Assembly (NCBI GenBank): GCA_032249235.1
Contig: JAVVGF010000001.1
Span: 128,001 to 192,000 of the forward strand
Source: Thermoproteota archaeon
Lineage (GTDB): Archaea; Thermoproteota; Thermoprotei; Gearchaeales; Gearchaeaceae
Direction: 5' to 3'
DNA length: 64,000 bases
Under the pieces are notes generated by a model. The model saw only the letters and a program-made list of their open reading frames with translations. It did not search any database and had not been told where the DNA came from. Below, piece after piece: positions 1 through 7,886 of the stretch (its first letter is position 1; every line of letters starts with the position of its first letter). Made by a program: the position numbers and the translations under genes.

Positions 1-2
1 TA

Positions 3-701
3 GGTACTTCTACTGATTCATATCAGCCAGTTGAATTGAAATTCAAAATTACAAGAAGAATTATTGAAATATTGCAAAAACATCAAGTTACATACTACAT
101 ATTTACAAAATCAACTGCTGTATTAAGAGATTTAGATTTGCATGCAAAATATAAAGATAAATGCTTCATAATTTGGTCTCTTACAACGATTGATGAGAAA
201 ATTAAAAGAAAAATTGAACCCTTCGCAGCGTCTGCAAGTAAAATATTTGAAGCTATGAGAATAATGAGAAAAAATGGAATTACATGCGGAATAAACATCG
301 ATCCTATAATGCCTTGTATAAATGATGATAAAGCAATGCTTTCAGAATTGTTATTGAAAGCTAAAGAAGCTGATTGCTCATTTGTTTCATCTGGAATATT
401 AAGATTGAGAGAAGATATATGGCAAAGGATGAAAATTTTCTTTGAATCTGAAGGAAGAAAGAACATAATTAATGTATATGAAAAGATTTATTTTGAAGAA
501 CCTAAGAAAATAGGCTATTATTATTTCGCAAAAGAAGAATATTGTGAAGAGATTACAGATTTCATAATTGAACAATGCAAAAGACTTGATTTGCATTACG
601 GTTTTCCTTTCTTATCTAATAGTAAAATTAAATTAAACTTCCAGAAATCATTACTTGAATATATCCATGGGCAAGCTTGTACGTGCACATCTATTCATTG
701 A
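3..701 (+). CDS. Radical SAM protein, SPL/Rv2578c-like (5' truncated by the window edge)
   Basis: The frame is open from base 3 and reads [18 protein letters not shown], followed by IFTKS and [10 protein letters not shown], motifs typical of SPL-like radical SAM proteins. The CxxxCxxC motif would lie upstream of the window. Confidence 0.75.
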   Translation, partial: GTSTDSYQPVELKFKITRRIIEILQKHQVTYYIFTKSTAVLRDLDLHAKYKDKCFIIWSLTTIDEKIKRKIEPFAASASKIFEAMRIMRKNGITCGINIDPIMPCINDDKAMLSELLLKAKEADCSFVSSGILRLREDIWQRMKIFFESEGRKNIINVYEKIYFEEPKKIGYYYFAKEEYCEEITDFIIEQCKRLDLHYGFPFLSNSKIKLNFQKSLLEYIHGQACTCTSIH

Positions 702-948
702 AGGATTAGTTCAAGGAGTTTTCTTCAGGGCACATACTAAAAGTGTAGCTGACAAATATGGAGTAAAAGGATTTGTTAGAAATTTACCAGATGGTAGAGT
801 TGAAGCTTTATTGGAAGGTGAGGAAGAAAGCGTTAATAAAGTAATAGAATTTTGTAAACGAGGCCCTCCAGGAGCAATTGTTACAAATGTAGAAATAATA
901 TGGGAAGAATATAAAGGAGAATATAATGATTTTAAAATTTTAAGATGA
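667..948 (+). CDS. acyP: Acylphosphatase
   Basis: GLVQGVFFR and [12 protein letters not shown] signature motifs; ATG at 667. Confidence 0.95.
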   Translation: MGKLVRAHLFIEGLVQGVFFRAHTKSVADKYGVKGFVRNLPDGRVEALLEGEEESVNKVIEFCKRGPPGAIVTNVEIIWEEYKGEYNDFKILR

Positions 949-954
949 TTTAAT

Positions 955-968
955 AAAAGCTTATATAC
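955..968 (+). promoter_or_regulatory. BRE/TATA promoter for queD (probably leaderless mRNA)
   Basis: AAAAGCTTATATA lies about 25 nt upstream of the ATG at 990, with no Shine-Dalgarno sequence. Confidence 0.5.
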
Positions 969-989
969 GTTAATTTTTACTTCTCTACT

Positions 990-1445
990 ATGACAGATGA
1001 AGCTACTGGAATATTCATAGAAGAAGATTTCGATTATGCTCATTTCATACCTAATCATCCTAAATGCTATCCCTTACATGGGCATACTGCGAAAGTTGAA
1101 ATAAGATTATTTGGTAAAAAGGAAGCATTCGATATGATATTAGACTTCGGTGAATTGAAGAACATTTGTAAAAAGGTCATTTCAAACTTCGATCACAAAT
1201 TAATTGCATCGAAAAAGTATGTTAAGGCAATACAAAATGGTTTGGTTGAAATAGAATACAGCAAGTTTAAGTTGATCATTCCTTTAGAAAATATTTATAT
1301 ACTAGAAAATGAAGTAACAAGCGAAAATTTATCTGAGGAACTAAGCAAAGCGTTGCTTGAAAATCTTCCTTCTAATGTAGAGATCATTGAGGTTAGAATA
1401 TATGAAGGAAATAGAAAAGGAGCTTTTACAATTAGGAGAAGATAA
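990..1445 (+). CDS. queD: 6-carboxytetrahydropterin synthase (PTPS/QueD)
   Basis: FDYAH...CYPLHGHT, ILDFGELK, FDHK and TSENL motifs; adjacent to queC. Confidence 0.9.
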   Translation: MTDEATGIFIEEDFDYAHFIPNHPKCYPLHGHTAKVEIRLFGKKEAFDMILDFGELKNICKKVISNFDHKLIASKKYVKAIQNGLVEIEYSKFKLIIPLENIYILENEVTSENLSEELSKALLENLPSNVEIIEVRIYEGNRKGAFTIRRR

Positions 1446-2094
1446 ATCTTGTGTTTTGCTTTTTTCTGGAGGAATAGATTCAACTATATTGTTATTTTTA
1501 TTGAAAAAATTAAATTATAAAATAAATGTTTTAACAATAAATTATAATGGAAGAAATCCTAAAGAATTGGAAGCATGTGAAAAAATTATTGATTTAGCTA
1601 AACCTGACAATTATATTATTATAGATTTAAATTTTTTAAAAGAAAGCATAACCTTATGGGAAGAATTGAAGAACAGTACTATGAAAGAAATAATTTCAAA
1701 TTTACCTAGTTATTACATACCTGCTCGCAATATTATTTTCTTTTCAATAGCAGCTTATTATGCAGAATCTTTTGGTGTAAGTTTCATATTTACAGGTCAT
1801 GTTAAAGACGATTCAGGTATATTGCCTGATGTGAATGAAAGGTTCGTTGATCTTTTCAATGAGATTTTGAAGAATGGAACTTATTTAGGTAGAAATAAAA
1901 GGCTCGAAATAAAAATGCCTTTTTTGAATCTAAATAAGCTAGATCTTGCGGAGCTAGCATTAAAATATGAAGTTCCTTTGCAATATACTTGGAGTTGTCA
2001 TGAATTAGCTGAATTGCAATGCGGAAATTGTAGAGGATGCATACAACGCAAGCATTTCCTTGAAATGTATGATGAAATTAAACGTAAGAGATAA
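1402..2094 (+). CDS. queC: 7-cyano-7-deazaguanine synthase
   Basis: SGGIDS PP-loop, YIPARNIIF, and C-terminal TWSC...CGNCRGC zinc site. Confidence 0.93.
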   Translation: MKEIEKELLQLGEDKSCVLLFSGGIDSTILLFLLKKLNYKINVLTINYNGRNPKELEACEKIIDLAKPDNYIIIDLNFLKESITLWEELKNSTMKEIISNLPSYYIPARNIIFFSIAAYYAESFGVSFIFTGHVKDDSGILPDVNERFVDLFNEILKNGTYLGRNKRLEIKMPFLNLNKLDLAELALKYEVPLQYTWSCHELAELQCGNCRGCIQRKHFLEMYDEIKRKR

Positions 2095-2123
2095 ATGCAA
2101 GTTCTTCACTCATTAAATAGGCT

Positions 2124-2840
2124 ATGAACTTAGATCTATCCAAAGTAAAAGATATACATGAGGAAGTCCGCGACAGCATAGTACTTGCAGGCATATCTAA
2201 TCTAAAAGTCTTACTGAAGTTGAGAGATATGAAATTACCAGTAACCCTTACAATACTTATCCCAACTTCTAAAAGAGGTGTTCACATGAGCAGATTAATA
2301 AAAGCAGTAAAGGATGTAGCGATGGATGATGATTATATTGAAAATATACTTTTGAAAATGTGTGATAAAATTAATAATCTCCATAATTCAGAATGTAAAA
2401 TCATAGCTAAATTTGATTATCCTATTAAAGATTCCGATCAGTTCATGAAAGTCAAGATTGAGATTCAAAGAAATGCACCTATAAAATATTTGTTCAAAAG
2501 GCTTGGAATAACTGCATGTCCATGTAGCAAAGAATTAACAGGAATTGGTCATATGCAAAGAGCATGGTTAATAATAGAAATAGAAAGCGAATCTATTTTA
2601 GATTTCGACGAAGTAGCTAGCAAAATGGCAGAATGCTTCTCGGTAACTCCTGCTGAATATTTGAAAAGACCTGACGAAGCAAAGCTCATATTAGAATCTC
2701 AAGAAAATGCAAGATTTGTCGAAGATGTTGTTAGAGAAGCATTGAAAAGGTTTAAGAATGCTAATAAAATAATAGCTAAAGCTTTAGAATCAATACATTC
2801 ACATGATGCTTATGCTCTTTGGTACAAAGGATTGACTTAA
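2124..2840 (+). CDS. folE2: GTP cyclohydrolase, FolE2/MptA family
   Basis: RGVHMSRL, TACPCS, HMQR, KRPDE, FVEDVVR and ESIHSHDA motifs. Confidence 0.9.
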   Translation: MNLDLSKVKDIHEEVRDSIVLAGISNLKVLLKLRDMKLPVTLTILIPTSKRGVHMSRLIKAVKDVAMDDDYIENILLKMCDKINNLHNSECKIIAKFDYPIKDSDQFMKVKIEIQRNAPIKYLFKRLGITACPCSKELTGIGHMQRAWLIIEIESESILDFDEVASKMAECFSVTPAEYLKRPDEAKLILESQENARFVEDVVREALKRFKNANKIIAKALESIHSHDAYALWYKGLT

Positions 2841-2873
2841 AATTTTTTATAAAAACAAGATAAATATAAAATA

Positions 2874-2958
2874 GCTCCGGTAGCTCAGCTGGGAGAGCGC
2901 CCGGCTGAAGAAGCTTTCGGAAACCGGGAGGTCGCTGGTTCAAATCCGGCCCGGAGCA
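2874..2958 (+). tRNA. tRNA-Phe(GAA) with a 12-nt intron at 37/38 (2911-2922)
   Basis: Acceptor stem GCTCCGG/CCGGAGC, D stem GCTC/GAGC, anticodon stem CCCGG/CCGGG, GAA at 2907-2909, T loop TTCAAAT. Exon CTGA pairs with intron TCGG. Confidence 0.95.
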
Positions 2959-3004
2959 TATTTTTATTAAAACCTATATATTTCTTGATAATATGATAAT
3001 ATAG

Positions 3005-3137
3005 CCCCCGGTAGCGTAGCCTGGTAACGCATCCGGCTGTAGGGGTTCCCCGTATAGGCAAGGAGGTCTATGACCGCCGATGAGCCTATATCAAGGCAGA
3101 AACCGGAAGATCGCTGGTTCAAATCCGGCCCGGGGGA
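3005..3137 (+). tRNA. tRNA-Tyr(GTA) with a 59-nt intron at 37/38 (3043-3101)
   Basis: Acceptor stem CCCCCGG/CCGGGGG (C1:G72), anticodon stem TCCGG/CCGGA, GTA at 3039-3041. Exon CTGT pairs with intron GCAG. Confidence 0.93.
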
Positions 3138-3176
3138 TTCAAAAATTTAAGTTCCTTTTAGATAATTTTTCATTAG

Positions 3177-3251
3177 GCGACCGTAGTCTAGCCAGGACTA
3201 GGACATCGGCTTTCCGAGCCGAGGACCCGGGTTCAAATCCCGGCGGTCGCA
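3177..3251 (+). tRNA. tRNA-Gly(TCC)
   Basis: Acceptor stem GCGACCG/CGGTCGC, anticodon arm TCGGC-TTTCCGA-GCCGA, T arm CCGGG-TTCAAAT-CCCGG. Confidence 0.96.
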
Positions 3252-3272
3252 TAGAAAAGTTTATAACTATTC

Positions 3273-3653
3273 ATGAAAAGATTCAATATAGTGAAGGACG
3301 ACATTGGCTCTTTATATAAAAAAATAAAAGAAAAAATAGGAACACTTGTAGAAGTGAGAACGATTGATGACAGGATAATAATAGGTAAATTGGCTTCATT
3401 TAATCCTGAAGATGGAAGTATTTTACTTGAAAAAGCAATTGAGAAGAATAGAAGAATTCCAAGTATTTATATCAGCGGTGTAGCAGTTGCTCAAATTAAC
3501 TTTTTCGAAAAAGAAAATAAAGAAGAAGAAATAGATGATAAAGTTGCTGCTTTATTAAAGGTTGATCCTAGTTTGACATATGAAGAGATAGCTAAGATTT
3601 TAGATATACCTATTCAAGTTGCCCAAAGGATAGTTAAAAGATTGATGAAATGA
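3273..3653 (+). CDS. Sm/Lsm-fold protein with a C-terminal HTH-like segment
   Basis: Sm1-like IGTLVEVRTIDDRIIIGKLASFN...ILLEKA and Sm2-like IYISGVAVAQI, then DPSLTYEEIAKILDIPIQVAQRIVKRL. The true start may be GTG at 3291 (TATA box at ~3260). Confidence 0.7.
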   Translation: MKRFNIVKDDIGSLYKKIKEKIGTLVEVRTIDDRIIIGKLASFNPEDGSILLEKAIEKNRRIPSIYISGVAVAQINFFEKENKEEEIDDKVAALLKVDPSLTYEEIAKILDIPIQVAQRIVKRLMK

Positions 3654-3700
3654 TGAAAAAGCCCCTATGACCTAGGAATGATTAGGATCTTGAGTGCTGA
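3650..3700 (+). ncRNA. Box C/D methylation-guide sRNA
   Basis: Box C ATGATGA at 3650-3656, D' ATGA at 3667-3670, C' ATGATTA at 3678-3684, box D CTGA at 3697-3700. Guides are 10 and 12 nt, giving the canonical ~50-nt archaeal layout. Confidence 0.85.
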
Positions 3701-3859
3701 TCAATCATCTGGAAAATAATATACCAATTCTATTCTGAAGTTGTTTCCTTCTTTTTTCATTACATAATTTGTATAGCATGCATTACAAAATACAATGAAT
3801 TTCTCTGAATTAATTTCAAATTCAAGATCTTTGCCACATCTGCATTTCATTTTAGCCAT
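3701..3859 (-). CDS. Small zinc-ribbon protein (52 aa), not in the ORF track
   Basis: Manual translation gives MAKMKCRCGKDLEFEINSEKFIVFCNACYTNYVMKKEGNNFRIELVYYFPDD* with CxC...CxxC. It fills the gap between the sRNA and the ADH gene. Confidence 0.7.
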   Translation of the reverse strand: MAKMKCRCGKDLEFEINSEKFIVFCNACYTNYVMKKEGNNFRIELVYYFPDD

Positions 3860-3885
3860 TTAAATTCAATAATGATAATTTATCA

Positions 3886-4914
3886 ATGAAAGTAATAAGG
3901 CTTTACAGCCATGGAAGTGTAGAAAATCTAAAGTTAGAAGAAGAAGAGATACCTAAAATCAAACCAAATCATGTCTTAATAAAGATAATTGCTTGTTCTT
4001 TGAATAGGTTAGACATTTGGACAAGGATTGGTTATCCTGGAGTTAAAGTACCTTTCCCTATAATATTAGGAAGCGATATAGCTGGCGTTATAGAAGATGT
4101 AGGTGAAGGGGTTGAAAGATTTAAAAAGGATGACAAAGTAGTTTTGTATCCTGCAATTACATGCAATAACTGTGAATATTGCATTGCAGGTGAACATTCT
4201 TTGTGCGATAATTTAAAAATCTTAGGACATCTAACAGATGGAGGATATCGTGAATATATGCTTGCACCTATAGATATTGTTTATAAATTCAATCCAGATA
4301 GAAGCTTTGAAGAGGCAGCTTCTTTACCTGTTACAGGTACAACTGCATGGAGAATTGTTTTTAACAAAGCCAATCCAAAGCCAGGCAACATAGCTTTCGT
4401 TTGGGGTGCAAGTAGCGGTACAGGGATCATGCTCATTGAATTGTTAAAGTTAATAGGTTGTAAAGTAATATCGACTGCAGGAAATGAAGAAAAGATTGAG
4501 AAAGCATATAAACTTGGCTGCGATCTTGTGATAAATTATAAGACTGAAGATGTACTGAGCAAGGTTAGTGAATTCACGAATTATAAAGGTGTTGATTTGG
4601 TCGTTGATAGCGTTGGATCATCTACTTTTGAAACTAGCTTGAAAATATGCAAAAAAGGCGGAAAAGTTATATTTTTTGGAGCTACGAGTGGAGATCAGGT
4701 TAGTTTCAGTATCAGACCTCCTTATAGAAAACAAATTTCGATTATAGGTTCTTATCTAGGAAGCAAGAGTGATTTTAATGAGATCCTTAAGCTTTTCAAT
4801 GAGAATAAAATCAAACCGATCATAGATTCTGTTTTTAAATTAGAGGAAGCTCCGCTAGCTCATTCAAGAATGGAAAAAGGCTTGCACTTCGGTAAGATAT
4901 TGCTAAAGCCTTGA
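3886..4914 (+). CDS. Zn-binding dehydrogenase / quinone reductase (MDR family)
   Basis: LGSDIAG, structural zinc site CNNCEYC...C, GASSGTG Rossmann motif, and GKILL ending. Confidence 0.88.
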   Translation: MKVIRLYSHGSVENLKLEEEEIPKIKPNHVLIKIIACSLNRLDIWTRIGYPGVKVPFPIILGSDIAGVIEDVGEGVERFKKDDKVVLYPAITCNNCEYCIAGEHSLCDNLKILGHLTDGGYREYMLAPIDIVYKFNPDRSFEEAASLPVTGTTAWRIVFNKANPKPGNIAFVWGASSGTGIMLIELLKLIGCKVISTAGNEEKIEKAYKLGCDLVINYKTEDVLSKVSEFTNYKGVDLVVDSVGSSTFETSLKICKKGGKVIFFGATSGDQVSFSIRPPYRKQISIIGSYLGSKSDFNEILKLFNENKIKPIIDSVFKLEEAPLAHSRMEKGLHFGKILLKP

Positions 4915-5396
4915 AAATACTAGTTACATGCAAGCCTTACAAAGAAAAGAAAGCAGTTGAAGAAATATTGAGCTTACTATTTCAGTTCGATCCTTCTTCA
5001 AAGCTAGATGATATTCAAATAAAGCCTGGTTTGTTTTCTGTTGAAACACAAGCGAAAAAAGAAGATATAGTAAAAGTTTTGCTAAAATACAGAAGATCTT
5101 ATATTTATAAAGTTCTTCCAATTGATTTAATAACGAATAACTTAGATGAAATTTCAAAAATATTTGATTTAATTGAAGAAAATAAGAGCTTAGCCATTAG
5201 ATGTAGAAGCAGGTTTGGGATTAGTGCAGGCGAGATAGAAAGAAAGCTAGGTGAAATTGCTAAAAATAAAGGACTTAAAATAAACTTGGAAAATCCAGAT
5301 TATGTAATCATCATAGAACCAGTTAAAAGTAATTTTTATATTTCATTTTTAACCTTTTTTCAATACAAAATTTTGACAGGTAAGAAATCGTTATAA
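4911..5396 (+). CDS. Stand-alone THUMP domain protein
   Basis: LAIRCRSR...IERKLG...INLENPDYVIIIE THUMP motif. Confidence 0.8.
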   Translation: MKILVTCKPYKEKKAVEEILSLLFQFDPSSKLDDIQIKPGLFSVETQAKKEDIVKVLLKYRRSYIYKVLPIDLITNNLDEISKIFDLIEENKSLAIRCRSRFGISAGEIERKLGEIAKNKGLKINLENPDYVIIIEPVKSNFYISFLTFFQYKILTGKKSL

Positions 5397-5431
5397 ATCA
5401 TTTAGAATAAATATTTCATAGATAATCGAAA

Positions 5432-6616
5432 ATGAATTTCGAAGAATATTTCAGAGGCTCAACTTTATTCATAGATGAAAGTAAGTTATTCCCTGAATAT
5501 GTTCCTCCTTATTTACCTTTTAGAGAAGAACAAATAAAAAAATTAGCAATATTTTTTAGAGGGATTCTAGAATTAGATAATTTTTCTTTTTATAGAGCGA
5601 TTTGTCATGGACCAGCTGGTACCGGTAAAACTGCTGTGGCTAAGTTTTTCGGAAAGTTAATCAGCGATGAAGCTAAAAAAAGAGGTCTTCAGCTTTATTT
5701 TATTCATATTAATTGCCATTTAGAAAGAACCTACTTCATGGTCGTTAGCAAAATAGCAGAACATTTGATTCCCGGAATACCTAAAAGAGGTTTTTCTCCT
5801 AAGCAATATTTAACTTGGATTTTGGATTATTTAGAAGAAGAAAACGCAAAGCTTTTATTGTGTCTAGATGAGGCTGATTACATAATTAGGAATGATCCTG
5901 AGCTTCTCTATGATTTGACTCGAATACCTGAATTAGGCATTAATAAAATTAGGATGAATTTGCTTTTGATATTAAGAAATATTTCAAACTTATATTCACT
6001 AGATGAAAGTATTCTAAGTACTTTACAGAGAAACATCAATCCATTCAATCCGTATAGTTATTTTGAAATCAAAGAAATAATTAAAGAAAGAGCTCAAGAA
6101 GCTTTCGTTGCTAATGCAGTAGATAATAGTGTAATAGAAACGATTGCGATGAAATCTGGAATAGATAAAGGTGGTAGAGGCGATGCAAGATTTGCTTTAG
6201 AATTATTGTGGAGAGCTGGTAAAATAGCCGAAATTGAAAATTCTAATAAAGTAAAGATTGAACATTTAAGAAAGGCAATGAGCGAAATATATCCTGGTCT
6301 ATCCATAGAAGTGTTTGAAACCTTGCTTGATGAAGAAAAGTTGATTTTGTTATCGATTTGTAGGGCTTTAAGAGAAGAAAATAATTCTCATGTTAGCATA
6401 AAAAGAGTAAGAGAACATTATGAATTAATATGTGAAAAACTAAAGCGAACTCCTAGGAAATATACACAGTTCTGGAGTTATATACAAAGCTTGAAGAACA
6501 AGAATTTGATAAACGTATCAGTAGTAAATGAAAAAAGAGGTAGGAGAAGTTATATTTCAATAGATGTTCCTTTAGATACACTAGAAAATAAACTACTAGA
6601 ATATGTCAAAACATAG
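5432..6616 (+). CDS. cdc6: Orc1/Cdc6 replication initiator
   Basis: YVPPYLPFREEQI, Walker A GPAGTGKT, Walker B LDEAD, GDARFAL, and a C-terminal wHTH. Confidence 0.95.
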   Translation: MNFEEYFRGSTLFIDESKLFPEYVPPYLPFREEQIKKLAIFFRGILELDNFSFYRAICHGPAGTGKTAVAKFFGKLISDEAKKRGLQLYFIHINCHLERTYFMVVSKIAEHLIPGIPKRGFSPKQYLTWILDYLEEENAKLLLCLDEADYIIRNDPELLYDLTRIPELGINKIRMNLLLILRNISNLYSLDESILSTLQRNINPFNPYSYFEIKEIIKERAQEAFVANAVDNSVIETIAMKSGIDKGGRGDARFALELLWRAGKIAEIENSNKVKIEHLRKAMSEIYPGLSIEVFETLLDEEKLILLSICRALREENNSHVSIKRVREHYELICEKLKRTPRKYTQFWSYIQSLKNKNLINVSVVNEKRGRRSYISIDVPLDTLENKLLEYVKT

Positions 6617-6878
6617 CATTTCTGAAGAACTATTAGGAAGTAAATGGAAAATAAGATTGATAAAAGAACTCATAAATGAAGGAGAAATCAATATAAGTGC
6701 TTTAGTAAAACGTTCACGTTCTTTTTTTAAAAATGCCACAGCATATTTAGATTTCTTGAAAGAACTAGGTATTGTTAAAGAGAAAAGATTCGGGAAAGTT
6801 AGGATAGTAATAGTAAATCAAAATTCAGAAACTTATGTTTTGCTAAAAAGATTACTTGACATATTAGATAAAAGCTAG
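6603..6878 (+). CDS. Small winged-helix (ArsR-like) protein
   Basis: LLGSKWKIRLIKEL...EINISAL...LKELGIVKEKRFGKVRI; overlaps the cdc6 stop. Confidence 0.75.
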   Translation: MSKHSISEELLGSKWKIRLIKELINEGEINISALVKRSRSFFKNATAYLDFLKELGIVKEKRFGKVRIVIVNQNSETYVLLKRLLDILDKS

Positions 6879-6917
6879 AAAGTTTATTTCAATTTAAAAA
6901 GAATTAATTAAGGAGGA

Positions 6918-7886
6918 ATGAGTGAAGAATTACTTTGGATAGAAAAATATCGTCCTAAAAGATTAGATGACATAGTAAACCAGGAAGACGTAGTAAGAAG
7001 TTTGAAAAAATTGATAGAAGAAAAAAACATGCCCCATTTATTGTTTACAGGTCCGCCTGGCGTAGGTAAGACTGCTACAGCTTTAGCATTTGTTCGAGAT
7101 TTATATGGTGAGGAATGGAGAAATAATGTACTTGAGCTCAATGCAAGCGACGAAAGAGGAATAGATACCATAAGAGAGAAGATTAGGGAAAGATTTGCAA
7201 AAACGTTGCCTTTGGGCGATATTCCTTTCAAAATAGTTATTTTAGATGAAAGCGATGCCATGACCAGCGAGGCTCAAACAGCATTGAGAAGGATAATGGA
7301 AATATATGCAAAGAATATTCGTTTCATTTTAACATGCAATTATGGCAATAGAATTATAGAACCTATTCAATCTAGAACTGTTGTATTGAGATTTTCTCCT
7401 CTTGAAAAAGAACATGTAATAAAAAGGCTTCTATTTATTGCTCAAAATGAGAAAGTAAAAGTAAGTAACGAAGCATTAGAAGTGATTTATGATTTAAGCG
7501 GAGGAGATTTAAGAAGAGCAATCAATTTACTTCAGAGCTCTTCGCTTTTTGGCGAGGTAACACCTGAAATAGTATATAAAGTAGCAGGTGCAGTTAAACC
7601 TAGAGAAGTAAGAGCAATATTCGATAATCTTCTGAAAGGAGATTTCGAAAGTGCTAGGAATGCTATTCTTAAAATGTTATTCAACGACGGAATCTCAGGC
7701 TCCGAGATAATATATCATTTATATCGTGAAACATATAGATTAAACGTACCTGATGAATGCAAACTACAATTGATCGAAATTCTTGGAGATTATGAATATC
7801 GAATTCTCGAAGGTTCCAGCGAAGAAATACAATTAAATTCAATGCTTGCACGAATGCAATTAATATTGAGAAATTATACTAGATGA
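6918..7886 (+). CDS. rfcS: Replication factor C small subunit
   Basis: WIEKYRP, GPPGVGKT, ELNASDERGID and IIEPIQSR motifs; SD AGGAGG upstream. Confidence 0.97.
   Translation: MSEELLWIEKYRPKRLDDIVNQEDVVRSLKKLIEEKNMPHLLFTGPPGVGKTATALAFVRDLYGEEWRNNVLELNASDERGIDTIREKIRERFAKTLPLGDIPFKIVILDESDAMTSEAQTALRRIMEIYAKNIRFILTCNYGNRIIEPIQSRTVVLRFSPLEKEHVIKRLLFIAQNEKVKVSNEALEVIYDLSGGDLRRAINLLQSSSLFGEVTPEIVYKVAGAVKPREVRAIFDNLLKGDFESARNAILKMLFNDGISGSEIIYHLYRETYRLNVPDECKLQLIEILGDYEYRILEGSSEEIQLNSMLARMQLILRNYTR

Noticed and set aside
990-2840. 7-deazaguanine DNA-modification (dpd) defence island
   Set aside because: No dpdA/tgtA5 or dpdB-K genes are present, and the context is housekeeping, consistent with archaeosine synthesis.
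3041-3047. sRNA D' guide pairing with the pre-tRNA-Tyr exon-intron junction (AGGGGTT)
   Set aside because: Only 7 bp including a G-U pair, too short for a C/D guide duplex.
3080-3319. 79-aa ORF in the track
   Set aside because: It overlaps tRNA-Tyr and tRNA-Gly and is a spurious translation of RNA genes.
5397-5431. Replication origin upstream of cdc6
   Set aside because: The gap is only 35 bp, with no ORB repeats or G-strings.
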